From positions 62,001 to 126,000 of the forward strand of contig JAAILG010000113.1 of NCBI GenBank assembly GCA_012026655.1: DNA of 64,000 nt, read 5' to 3'. The stretch comes from Hydrolagus affinis. Taxonomy: Eukaryota. Numbering within the stretch: the first letter of the stretch is position 1; every line of letters starts with the position of its first letter. Made by a program: the position numbers and the translations under genes. Shown here one piece after another: positions 1 through 11,948 of the stretch. Below the pieces are notes generated by a model. The model saw only the letters and a program-made list of their open reading frames with translations, was not told the DNA's origin and made no database searches.

Positions 1-369
1 ATGCACAGAGGGTTGACTCAATCTTGCTATTCTGTTGCCAAGTGCTTCAGCCTGGCGGCTGCATAGCTCTGAGGTCTCCACTCAAATTGCCTCCTAGGAT
101 GATATTCATATGGGACCCAGGACAGGCAATGTAACCACAAGGGGCATTACAATCAAATCTGATGGTTTTCTTACCCAATGTTCACACATAAGTACTATAA
201 AACAGTCTAGTTGAAGTAATAAAGAAGATTTGTAGCCACAAATGCTGTCCTAGCTAACTCAACTAAGACCAAATGCAACCCTGCAACCTTCTAGGCTGTA
301 CAGGCTCTGAAAAGTAATTAGCATCAATTAATTGAAAGAATATCATCCATCTTTCTTGGTATCCTGACC

Positions 370-632
370 AACAATCTTCAAAATAATGTTGGTTATTCAC
401 TTCATGCCGTTTTGCCCATAAATATACAGTCAATTAACTTTACAGTATATTCTGTGAAGCGCTTTGAGATGTCGATAAGATGTGAAAAGCGCTAAATCAA
501 ATGCAAGGATTATTGTATGATTATTATTATTGTGAGACACTTGTGTTGTGTATAAATTGATGGTTGTGTTTGCCCACAAAACAAACAGTCACTGCACTTT
601 ACAGTTTATCCCGGGAAGTGCTTTGAGACATC
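370..632 (+). mobile_element. Two tandem 3' SINE fragments
   Basis: actttacagtatattctgtgaagcgctttgaga..aaatgcaaggattatt motif, followed by a second partial copy. Confidence 0.75.
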
Positions 633-639
633 TTGGATG

Positions 640-1164
640 TCTCAAAGAATGTGAAGACATTGGAAAGGGTACAAAGAAGATTTACTAGGATGGTGCCAGG
701 ATTGAGGGACTTCAGCTATGAGGAGAGGCTAGATAGGCTAGGGTTATTCTCTCTGGAACAGAGAAGATTGAGGGGAGGCCTAATAGAGATTTATAAGATC
801 ATGAGGGGTTTCAACAGGGCAAATAAAGAACAACTATTTCCACTCGTGGGCGAATCTGTGACTCATGGTCACAGATTTAAAATAGTTTCAAAGCGAAGTA
901 GAGAGGAGCTGAGGAGAAATTTTTTCACTCAGCGAGTTGTTCGAATCTGGAATGCATTGCCTGAAAAGGTGGTGGAGGCTGATTCGATAACAACTTTTAA
1001 AAGGGAATTAGATCTTTATTTAGGGAGAACAGGTCTATTAGGCTATGGGGAGCGGACAGGGCATGGGATTGAATCGCTCTTTTCAAAGAGCTGGCACAGA
1101 CTAGATGGGCCGAATGGCCTCCTTTTGTGCCGTAAAATTCTATGAATCTATGAATCTATGAATC
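640..1164 (+). mobile_element. 5'-truncated CR1-clade LINE (ORF2 C-terminus, 3' UTR and tail)
   Basis: ORF 633..1145 reads LERVQRRFTRMVPGLRDFSYEERL..LFSLEQRRLRG..FFTQRVVRIWNALP. 3' UTR motif gatgggccgaatggcctcc; (TCTATGAA)n tail. Confidence 0.93.
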
Positions 1165-2689
1165 TTCCCAGTGCTCATAGAATGAAGGCACTGTAATTTA
1201 TGCTTTGAGAAGCCTGAGGAAGCCAAAGAAATGTAAATGACATTTGAAAGCAGAACAGTGGAGGGATTCATTAAAGCAAGTGCCAGGACCTCACAATATC
1301 GATGAGAAAGAATCCACATGATGAATCACATGGATAGTCCAGTATAAAATACCATGGCAGCTATCAGGGGATGGTTGCTGAATTCTGTGGCTGAGAAGCA
1401 ACCAATTTAAAGTAGTGAAAAACATTCAGGATAAAAATCTCTCTTTCACAAAACGAAAATGCTTTTCTCTTCATTCTCAACCAACAGTGTATTTTACATT
1501 GCTGATAATTCCCTAACATCCCAGTCAATTCAATCTCTATAGCCTAGACCTCTATATTCCACAATGCTCTGTCCATGATGGTATGATGGATAGGTTGAGG
1601 AGACCGTATCTTTCCTGGACTCCTGCTTGCAGCAAGAAGCAGCTGCCCTGTCCAAGAACTTTATAAAAACTTCATCATTAACATGCAGAAGTCATTGCCC
1701 AAAAATATATTTTTTAAGTGCCGCAGCCCATGATGACTTATGGTTAAACCCGAAATTAGTCCTAAAAGCTGCTAAATGTTCCAGCTCTCAATAAAATCAA
1801 TAACTAGCACTATATTTAGCATGTCTCTGCTTAATATGTAGGTGCCTCTACTTGTCATCATCACAAATTACCCTGGGGGTGATTAACACATCAACCAAAT
1901 CAATCTATAGGTTTAACACATAAAATGCCACAGATTGACAGAGTGAAGAACTTCCTCTCTCTACCTCTTCACTTCAATATATTGCAAGTTTGAGACACCC
2001 CCATAAGCATTTCATAATAATACCACAGAAACACCCAGAGAGCTCAATTAATTCTACAATTAACCCTGATTTAATATATAAATCTCAAATCTTTTCCTTC
2101 CTTTTGTTTCTTCTCCATTCAATCCATGTTCTTTTAAAAGCTATTTTCTACCTTATCAAAGTGTTTTCTTTAGACTAAGCATGTACTGTACTTAACTTTA
2201 ACATTGATTTCTTCTTTTTCTAGCTCCTAGAATCTGAGATAGAGCAGAATCAGCCTTTGTTAAATGTTAGTTTAATTGCCTTTGCAGCTAATGAAGGGTG
2301 AAGATTAATAGATCACACAAGAGAAGTTTGGATCAAAAAGATTCTTTAGTCCATTTGGTATCATTCATCCAAGATTGTCAAATATCAAACTGCTTCTTGC
2401 ACAAGCACAGACTCTTGCCCTGAGGCGAGTCTGTGCCTCTCCAGCCAGTAAAACAAACAGTATCAGTAAACTATCTCAACATACACAACTGGAAAAGGCC
2501 TTGAAGAGATTAAGAAGTTCTACAGTGGCTATTGTCCATGGTGACTATATTTTGTTAAGCAAATATAACAAAAACTGAACTTGTCATAATTCCTCATGCT
2601 GAAGAAGCTTGTTGGAATACCTAGCACTGGCCTAGTTCGAATTCTCCCTCACAAATTACCTTTACTTTGTCTTTTCAAACAGTTTCTCC

Positions 2690-3516
2690 GCTCACACCCG
2701 CCAAGTCACCTGTGGTGTGCCCCATGGCTCCAACTTGGGCCCCCTCCTCTTTCTCATCTGTATGCTCCCTCTTGCCAATGTCTTCCACAGACATGGGGTA
2801 AACTTCAACATGTATGCAGATGACTCAAATATACTTCTTCTCCAGCTGTGACTCCAGGTCTGCTGATGTTCTGCTGGCTTGTCTGGCAGACATTAGGGCC
2901 TGGATAAGCACAAACGTCTTGCAACTAAATGATGACAAGATGGAAGCCACATTCTTTGGCTCCCATCAATGTCTTCATTCCATCGTCTGTGACTTCCTCA
3001 ACCTCCCCGCCTCTACCTCAGACTCTCTGATCCGTTGTGCAACCTTGGCATCAGTTTAAACCCATAGCTGTCCTTCCTTTCCCACATCTGGTCCCTGACC
3101 AGGACTCTTCCCTCCACCTCGATCTCCACCTGTGGCACATTGCCAGGCTTCAACTTTACCCCAGATGCAGCCACAACACTTGTCCATGTGTTTGCCACTT
3201 CCAACTTGCTTACTCCTCAACCCACTACCTGCTGCCTCCACTCAACTGGCTCCAGCCTCTTGCATGTCCCTTGTGCCCTCTGTTCCACCATCGGTGACCA
3301 TGCTTTCAGCCACTAATTCCCCAAATTCTGAAATACTCTTCCTCTATCCCTCCACCTTGCCCTCTCCTTCCACATCTTCAGATCATGCCTGAAGACCTTC
3401 CTCTTTGACTGTGTCTACGGTAACGTCTGCCCAGCTCAAGGTCCTGCTCCACCACTGTCAAGCTATCTTAGATGCTACCTACTGTGAGGAGCTTTATATG
3501 AATGCAAGTTGTTGTA
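2690..3516 (+). mobile_element. L2-clade LINE fragment (degenerate RT C-terminus and 3' end)
   Basis: Reads G.PxGSxLGPLLF, YADDS and CLADIRAWISTNVLQLNDDKME; ends tatatgaatgcaagttgttg. Confidence 0.85.
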
Positions 3517-4189
3517 GTATCTCAGAGCAATGAACATTTGATGTTGCACAATATTTCAAAGTTCTTCACACAACAAGTGACTTCTGGTGGCAAATGTGAC
3601 ATATAGTCTGCAATAGTGCTGTCCCCAAAACAGCAAAGAGATGAATGACTAATTAATTGGTTCTTTTGTCAGTGATTTTGAATGAGAGAGCACTATCCCC
3701 AAATATCGGGAGAAATTACGTACTCTTTTTCCATATTAGTGCCATGGGACGGTTTAATGTCAACACAAACATCCTGAAAATCAGCTAAGAACTCAGTTCA
3801 ACAGATAAAGGAAGTTGCATAACAGCATTTTCTATACTTTAGATTTGCATCCAAAAAAGTCTATACTGTATGTGATTATATATGCTACTAAATGTCTAAA
3901 TATTGCTATTATCATGGGGACTAACACTGAGCAAATCTCAACCAAAAGGAGATAGGACCTTTGACATTTCAGGGCTCTTCCAACAACTTGTTGGAGTGTG
4001 TATGAGCCAATGTAGAGCTTCAATTCACAAGCGGATGACCTGGATATGAATGCATTAGCAATTGAGCTGATTACACCCTTTTGTGTTGTTCATTCATTAG
4101 GTGTTGATTATTCTCCATTCAACATGAAGTTATCACTGAAAAATAAATCAATTCCAAATTTAGAAGTGTATGGGAATAAATGATTAGAA

Positions 4190-4510
4190 CCCATTAATTG
4201 GGAGAGTGGAGATTAGTCCACTTCAATGAACATCACAGGGAGCCTGAAGAAGAGATTAATCACCCAGAGAGTACAGGCCTAGGCACTGGGACCAAGACCC
4301 ATCAGTTGCAGAATTTATTTAATCCAGTTCAATTGGGAGTGAGGGCAGGAGCATTATTGAAGTATTTCTTTATGTAGAGGGAAATTAACAACAAATATCT
4401 AGCCAGGAATGAAAGGTGGTGAAGGCCATTTAACAAAGAGCTTGGTGCAATAACAGGAAGGTTGTTATTCTAGAGCAATGAGATTAAACGGACCAAAATG
4501 CTTCTCTATT
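4190..4510 (+). mobile_element. Highly degenerate CR1 3' fragment
   Basis: Residual similarity to the CR1 3' end (..gaaggccatttaa..agagcttggtgca..acggaccaaaatgcttc). Confidence 0.4.
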
Positions 4511-6052
4511 CAAATTGAAGTTGGGTTGAGTGGCTGGGCTATTGTTGGCGCTGCACCCACTGAGCAGTGTAGCCATGACCAACAGGCCTGCTCTTTGATG
4601 GGATAGATTGTTGAAGACAGAGGCAGCAAGTAAGCATCTTCAGTGAGTGCTGGCCTGCTGTGAAAATGCAATGCAAATGAGCCATAGCCACGATCTCCAG
4701 TAACCCCACTTTCCCAGAGAGCTCCCATAGAGCCAGTCCACGTCTTCAGGTACTAATGTTAAATGGACCTTGAATGTCACGCTAGTCAGGTTTGTAAAGA
4801 CCTCTGGACGTGAAGCTGTAAAGTATGTTGACAGTTAATGCAATACTGTCAGCCCAATGAGATTTTTATGACCCTCTAAAAAAATTTTTTTTTGCATACG
4901 TGTAAAGCTTCAGGAATTAAATGCCGCAGATCCAGATATCTGGGTCAGGACAGAGTTACATTTCTAGAATTACAAAACAGCATCAGCTCTCACTGTTTTC
5001 CATTTTAAAAAATGCCAGCAACATACTGTATTCTGTTGTGAGACATTACATCAGTGGAACTGAACTGTTGAGATTCCCACTTTAAGCAGAAACTCAGGGA
5101 TCCTGTGAATTGCTCGTGATCATTATCTCTTTCAAATTAGCTTCACTCAATATATATATTTTACAAGGGAAATCATGAAGAGAGCAGTAATCGGAATACT
5201 TATTCTGAACCATTGGATATTTTGAGGGCTGCTAGTACACCGTCACTGATAGTTGGAGGATTGACATTGTGTAAAGGGAAGGGTGGGGTATTTGAGAAAG
5301 AGAGGCTGTGCAGTGTTATATGACAATATATTTACTGATGGAAGTAGATTTTAGTGATTGTTACTATGAATTGTATTTCAGGTTACGGCATGATTTTTGC
5401 CAGGTTTCCGTGTCCACAATGGAACTGGTCCCAAATAGAATGGCGGAGGGGGGTGGGGGGTGGAGGGTGGTGGATGCATTAAGTGCTTCTATCTTTTTCG
5501 TACCAAGTGGAAAGGGAAATTAGTCAAATACTTTAGGAGACACGAGAAGACAAAATAAAAGCTCTCAGTCTCCTTTTTATATTCTTGTTAAATGTTTTCT
5601 GTTTTTCCTAGTACAGAAGAGCTTGTTCCCTGCCCTAGGGAGCCCAGGGAATTCACCAGTAAAACACTGCACCACACATCAGCTAAACCCTTACTGGTGT
5701 TTTATATAAGCAGCTTTCTGAAGAATTCTGCTGACAAAAAAAGATTGTTTTCGTGTAAGTAGCACAGTAGCTCTTCCCTAACAGAGGTTCAAACCAAAAC
5801 CAGTGCCACTCACTCTTTACAAACTTGATTCCTATTGATTTCTAAGCGTTTCTACGTGTTTGGATTTTCCTCTTCTGACATTTTGCTGGTATTACAGTTC
5901 TCAATCACTGGTGTTCTCTGGTGTGTTGCCCAGCTAGTAGTTCATCATATGCAAACCTAGACAGTGACGTCAGCCTATTTCATTGTAGAAAGCATCGCAG
6001 CCCAGCTTGACCTCCATCCTCACTCAATGTTACAACCAAACATACATAGAAA

Positions 6053-6490
6053 TAAAATAACTTACATTTGATAAAATGCCTTATCAAGTAATCAAGGCAT
6101 CTTAAAGCACCTCACAGGATGATATTGTAAAGCGATGTGACTGTGTGTAGTTTGTGGACACAGCAGGCAATTTGGTGCGCAGCAATGTCACACAAATAGC
6201 CATGGAGTGAGTGGTCAATTTTATTTGAGGGATTTGTAGGTCAAGACACCAAGAAAAAGTCAGTTACCTTTTCAAATAGTGCCATGTTATCTTTAACATG
6301 CAAATGAGCAGCCAGATGTGACCTTGGTTTAATGTTTCATCCGAAGGGTGGTACCTCCAACCACACAGCACACCCCAAGCATTGCATTGGGGGCATCAGC
6401 ATAGACTATATGGGTTCCAAGTCTTAACTTTGGGGCCCAAGCCCACAGCCTTCTGATACAGAAACTTCCCACAGTAATCACTGAATAAGC
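6053..6490 (-). mobile_element. Deu-domain SINE
   Basis: ccttggtttaatgtttcatccgaagggtggtacctcc is the reverse complement of the Deu core. Confidence 0.75.
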
Positions 6491-7984
6491 ATGAGGAGCA
6501 AAAACCCTGAATGATTTCTTAGTGCTTCTAGGATGCCAACTCGAATTGTAGTCTAGTGCAGGGACTTTCATCTGCCTGTGTGATCAGCACCACAGCAGGA
6601 GGTTAATTTACCCACTGAGCCATTAGGGAGCCCATTTTCTCATGTTTTCGGTCAGCTTTTGCTGTGTAAAGCCTCATGAGTTAGCCTCAATCCCTTTAAG
6701 TTCAAGCTGTCAGGCAATTAGTAGTTGCACCCGAGTGCCTGCCAAGACTTCTATGAGTGATATAATCAATCTGTTGCCAACTACTTTAAATATGTTCCAA
6801 CATTCAGTATGGCAGTGAGCAAAACACCAGTTAATCTCCTTTGACATTCAATGTGATGTGGGCCGGGGCGCAGAGATATTGGATTGGAGATGCACTTTAC
6901 AGGGTAAATTTAGAAGCTCTGGAAGAGCTGACAATACAAATTCAGATGTCACCTGGGATTTGAAAATTCAATGTCCTGGTCAAATTTGTACAGTGAAACT
7001 AGTCAGTATATCTGTTCTTTTGATAACTTTCTCCCACAAATCCATGTTTGAGTATATCCTGTGAATCACTTTGAGACATCTCGATGATAACATAACGCGC
7101 TATATTAAATGCAGGTATACAAATTTTAAGTGTGGTGTTTGTGGTCTTATTATGTTTGAAAAATGATGCTTCAACGTTGACATTTAAGCATCAACTGTGA
7201 TCATTCAGGGTGGCTTGACCCTGGAATAATGCTGACTTTTGTATCAAATTGCAAGGATAGTGATGTACAATCGATGTCAAACTGGAAGCAAGCAATCATT
7301 AAAATTGCCACAAACAATAACAAAATCTACCAACCAGATAGCTCAATGGTGTACATCAGTGTTTCCCAATTCTAGGCTTGCCACATTCAATACAAAATTA
7401 GTAACACATTGCTTTTAGTAGGGGCAAAAGTGAACAAGAGGAGCTTAAAAATGTGCTTATTGGTGAGAGTAACACACCATTGGGTGTCCACAACGCACAC
7501 TTTTACTAAGGCAGCAGAGGAGGCATCTGTTTATATCCTCTAAGTGCAAAATTGTCATTGAAAAAGATAAGGTACAAATTGCAAATAAAAGTTTGGAAAA
7601 TTAGAAAAAAAAGAATAAAGTAATGATAATTTGCTCACTCAATATACCGCTGTTTGTGGGACAATTGGCTGTCGAGTTTCATGAAATATATAGTCAATTC
7701 ATACTGCCAGTATTTATTCATCAGATCCTTTGCCACTTTCCTCCTCCCCAAACACCTAGGAATGGCAACCTTGTTTGCAGGAAACAAATTCTATATGTCT
7801 ACGCTTATATTCCACAGGTTCCCAGAGTACTAATGGACCAAATGTTTACCTCAGAGATCAGATTCTAAACTTGTTCTTCACTATCTATGGCATTAAATAT
7901 GTATCTTAATTTTCTGTCAAGCAGTGCAGTACATTAACAGTGTGCAATATGATGCCAAGCATAGGTAAACATAAGGCACCGTAC

Positions 7985-9306
7985 CCTTCATTGAGTGCTT
8001 TGATTTTCTCCATATCTTGAATTACATTCAAGAGGACTTTAATCTTTTGTTGGTTTGATTGTAAAGTCTCCTCAATGGATTGCATCCTTCCCTGCAGGTC
8101 ATGCAAATCATCCCTAGTGAGATGAATTTGATTGATTTCCTTAATTCTTCTGGTAACTTGGGATTTTATCTTCATCCCAGGAGAAGGGGAGTGATTATGA
8201 ACAGGTGATAAACAGCTCCTAGTGTTAACTAGCCCCGGCAGAACACCATTTAATGAGTTCAGGGGTAAGGAACAAGATAATCCTGAATGATCAGTCCCCG
8301 TCAATGGCTTCGATGTTTGATCAGCTTCTAGAGCCAAAGGCTCGAGACGAAACAATGAGGCCTCTGGTTTGTCATTGTCTTTATGAAGGAAGTTGGACCT
8401 AGATTGATTTTCAGTTTGAGTCAAATCAGAAAGCCCTGTGGACCTCAATGTTTCAGACTCCAATTTGTGTATGCTGGAACAACTATAACAGCGATTATTC
8501 TTGCGCTTGGTAGGTTTAGATAAAGGGTATCCTGGTTTGCAGTGGGCATGCCTATGGTTTGTTTTATTGTCTAATGTCAAGCTTTTGGAGTGGTGTACAA
8601 CTTTGGATGCATGCAAACCACGGTGCGAACCTTTTGTTTCCTTTAGTGCATCTTGTAAATTAGTATCCGGTGCTTGTGGCAAATGTTTCTTTTTACTACT
8701 GTACGCGTTGCATTGGGAAGATGGAAGTTTGATGTTTGGGGTTTCATTTGGGGTTTCTTGAACTTGATTATCCTCTGTTTGCTTGGCCTTAGTTGTAGTC
8801 GTGAGATCAGAAAAGTCCTTAGTGGAAACACTCACAGAGACATTGTTGCCTGCAAGAGCAGGGTTGATGGCTTTTGTTGAATCAGTTGACTCCAATGCGT
8901 TGACCTTGCCTGACGTAGGAGCATTCCGAACACGACTTCTGAACTTTGGAAGGTGCTTTCGTAGACTTGGTGACGTCTGAATGGCAATGCTCTTGAGGAC
9001 ACCTTGTGGTTTAGGAATAGTCAGTGAGCAATTAGTCAGGGTACAGTGCCTGGAGGATTGCATTTTCCCTTTGAGTGCTCCTGATCCTTGCACAGACATT
9101 GCGTCACTTCTTGCTTTCATGGAAGATGCAGCATCCTCTTTGAAGTGCACCTGCTGGATCTTGCTTTTGTGCTGATGGATCTGCTGCACAATGTTAGTAG
9201 GAGGTCGACCTTCCTGCTTAAGTAGAACAGAATGTGCCTTTGGATTCTGCTGAGGGGCAGGGTTACATTTCAATGTCTGCAGAAAATTACTTTCCTTACG
9301 GCCCAT
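7985..9306 (-). CDS. INSYN2B: Inhibitory synaptic factor 2B (INSYN2B/FAM196B), large first coding exon (440 codons + 2 nt); downstream exons not found in this window
   Basis: Within ORF 7906..9324(-). Motifs APQQNPKAHSVLLK, QQVHFKED, IAIQTSPSLRKH and the C-terminal coiled coil DLQGRMQSIEETLQSNQQKIKVLLNVIQDMEKIKALNEG match recalled FAM196B sequence. First ATG at 9306 has strong Kozak context (ACGATGG). Similarity ends at a GT donor (GAAGG|GTACGG, 7985/7984). Location inside a DOCK2 intron matches the known arrangement. Confidence 0.9.
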
Positions 9307-10220
9307 CGTTTTGGGAAAAAACAATCAAACAGATAGCAGAGGAAAAGTGTCATCTAGAATTGATCAGCCACTGCAACTCAGTCTCAAAGTGCTGTATAAC
9401 CATACAACATCTGGCTCTACAGCTTGTAAGTGGTGATTTTCTCATCACTGTTGTCAATCATGTCCATTATAGTGAAAGAATAAAAAATGTGGACTCAGCT
9501 TTCATCAATGACAAAGACAATCAGTTCTTCTGACAATGACATCAAGTCAATTAATGGATGCAAATAGAACGGGAGAGGAAACGGGAATCATTCTGTCAGT
9601 TTGGTCAAAATAAGTATAGATAAGCAGGTCATGAAATTCAGTGCTTGCGCTTACATGGCACGATAACAGACATGATTCAATACTTTGTGGTTCTATGCTC
9701 CCTTTGTAAAACGACTCTTAGGTAAACGTCATACGTTTAACACGCAGCTACAGACTACAATTTGTCTGCAAACTATTGACTCTGCCGAAGTTGTTATTTG
9801 TCTTAAAATGAGGGTAAAACTTCTTTCACATTTCCTGGGGCATGCTGGAGATCAGAACAGCATGGCAGCCAGCCAGTCTAGCCAGTGCAAAAAGCACTCC
9901 CAGGTGGCCACGTTTCCCAGCACGTAAAATGGTGCTGGTGGATTGTCTCGTTTTTGGGCATCTTCCATTCTATCTCACTTCAAGTCTGCAAAACCAATCA
10001 GATCATGTTACACAAAATGTTCTTTGGTTACAATTTTGGAGCAGTGTTCATTGTTGATTCCAATTGATTTCTGCTTTGTAGCTCATGTTCCAGTTGATAT
10101 TTCACTGTCATTCTTCAGAGACTCTGAGTTGGACAGAGGCTATAAAAATTGTCCCTGGCGATTTGATAAAACGAGATAGCATATTTGTACTGTATAGTTG
10201 CATAAAATCACAGCAGATTT
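9307..10220 (-). other. INSYN2B: Predicted 5' UTR part of the INSYN2B coding exon
   Basis: Strong minus-strand acceptor cttctttttttccttccAG| ending at 10221, followed by repeat-free sequence down to the ATG at 9306. SINE-derived sequence starts shortly beyond the acceptor. Confidence 0.6.
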
Positions 10221-10289
10221 CTGGAAGGAAAAAAAGAAGTTTCAAGATTAAGTCCAGCCTAAGAAATCTTGCTCATAGACAGTGAGGAA

Positions 10290-10885
10290 TGTAGGTAATT
10301 TTTTTGCATATGGTGTAGTGTCTTTGAATTTAATGATCAATTTATTTGAGGGATTGTTTGGCACGAGAAGCAAGAAACTTCCTTCTCTTTTCAAGTGGTG
10401 CCATACAGACATGATTCAATACTTTAACATCCACCTGAACATCTCAAAAACGTGAAATACTGCAGATTCTGGAAATCTAAAACACAATCAGAAATCGCTG
10501 GGAACACTCAACAGGTCAGGCAGCATCTATGGAGAAAGGAAAAGTGTGTCAACGTTTTGGGTCAGAACTGACAAAGATTTTCTAATGAAGGGCCGTGGAC
10601 CCAAAACGTTGACTCACTTTTCCTTTCTCCGTAGATGCTGCCTGACCTGCTGAGTGTTTCCAGTGATTTCTGTTTGTGTTTTAGATGGGATCTCAGTTCA
10701 ACATCTCATCTGAAGGACAGCACCACCTACAATGCAGTGCACACAAGAAGCATTACATTATTATATTAGATAGTACACTATTGGAGTTTCAGCACACAGC
10801 ATGAGTTCAATGTCTCTACCTAGGGCTTGAATCCACTACCCTCTGACTCAGAAGTAAGAGTTCTACCAACTGAGCCAGGCTCCCA
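10290..10885 (-). mobile_element. Deu-domain SINE interrupted by the palindromic element at 10446-10686
   Basis: tttaacatccacctgaac | gggatctcagttcaacatctcatctgaaggacagcacc ... ctgactcaga..ctaccaactgagcca. Confidence 0.75.
10446..10686. mobile_element. Second copy of the palindromic element, with ~89-bp inverted arms (10475-10563 / 10598-10686)
   Basis: caggtcaggcagcatctatggagaaaggaaaagtg versus cacttttcctttctccgtagatgctgcctgacctg. Decayed core ctaatgaagggccgtggacccaaaacgttgact. Confidence 0.8.
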
Positions 10886-11154
10886 CCCACTTCTATTCAT
10901 GTTTACTTCAGTATACAGTATATGTAAAAGCAAAGCTCCATTCCTTTCAATATGTGCATTGTCTACCTTGCCACTTCTTCATCCCACAGTTAGGAAAGGC
11001 TGACCTTGGCAACTAAAAAAAAAACCCCAAAGAGAATAGAGAGAAGGGGAAAGTAAATGACGCAATAACAAAATTGTTAGTAAGAGAGGATGGAATAGAA
11101 ATGAACAAGCCAATTCATTATACCACCTTTAGAAAATGTAATACTTTGGCTGTT

Positions 11155-11452
11155 AATAATAATAATAATCCTTGCATTTGATGTACTGCTTTTCATGCCT
11201 TCTAGACATCTCAAAGTGCTTCACAGAATATACTGTAAAGTGAATTGACTGTATATTTGTGGACAAAACGCAACAGCCAATTGAACACAGCAGTGTCCCA
11301 CAAACAGTCATGGTTGAAATGCCACCTTGTTTGAGAGATTCTTATGAGGCGTGTGGACTAAGGAAACTTGCCCAAGGTTTTACCCTGTTGGGAATTGAAC
11401 CAGGTCTCTCGCTTGCAAGCCGAGTGCTCTAACCAATGAGCTACATGGTTCT
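11155..11452 (-). mobile_element. Full-length tRNA-derived SINE, same family
   Basis: Reverse complement of 15978-16284, including the head (gtgctctaaccaatgagctaca). Confidence 0.88.
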
Positions 11453-11479
11453 ACTGAGAACAGGTTCCCAAAGATTCAC

Positions 11480-11948
11480 ACCTTCCGCTCCAAGCTTCGT
11501 GACCCCATATCCCACATCCTCGCCCGACTCCATTGGCTCCAATCATCCAGAGGATCCAATAAAGATCCTGGTCCTCACATTTAAAACCCTCCACAGCCTC
11601 GCCCCACCCTACATCCGTGACCTCCTAACCCCCTACCAACCAGCCCGCCACCTCAGCTCAGTACCCTCTGGCCTGCTCCATGTCCCCTGACCCACCAGCC
11701 CCACCAATGGTGGGCAAGCCTTTAGCCACTCTGCCCCCAAGCTCTGGAACTTTATCCCCCAGTCCCTCCGCCTCCCCCCTCCCTGTCCTCCTTCAAGTCC
11801 CGCCTCAAAACCTTCCTCTTCGATAGTGCCATCGGCTACTCTTAATCCCCCCTTCCCTCCCCCCACTGTCCCCAGCTCGGGTCTGAAACAATGAATGTCC
11901 AGCGCCTTGGGATATGAAAGGTGCTATACAAGTGTAATTTGTTGTTGT
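11480..11948 (+). mobile_element. L2 LINE 3' fragment
   Basis: LHWL..KILVLTFKTLHSLAPPYIRDLL; tail gtgctatacaagtgtaatttgttgttg. Confidence 0.88.

Noticed and set aside
3832-4023. Minus-strand ORF containing AYIITYSIDFF, as a possible next INSYN2B exon (ACIIYS-like)
   Set aside because: It lacks the expected RTGQD..C..C motif and fitting splice sites. The next exon probably lies left of the window.
7906-7984. C-terminal YGALCLPMLG..TEN tail of the 472-aa ORF, and its MFFPKT start
   Set aside because: The tail is intron read-through past the GT donor at 7984. The ORF-track start at 9324 is TTG; the first ATG is at 9306.
9289-9306. MGRKES as an N-myristoylation signal
   Set aside because: Arg directly after Gly violates the standard PROSITE myristoylation pattern.
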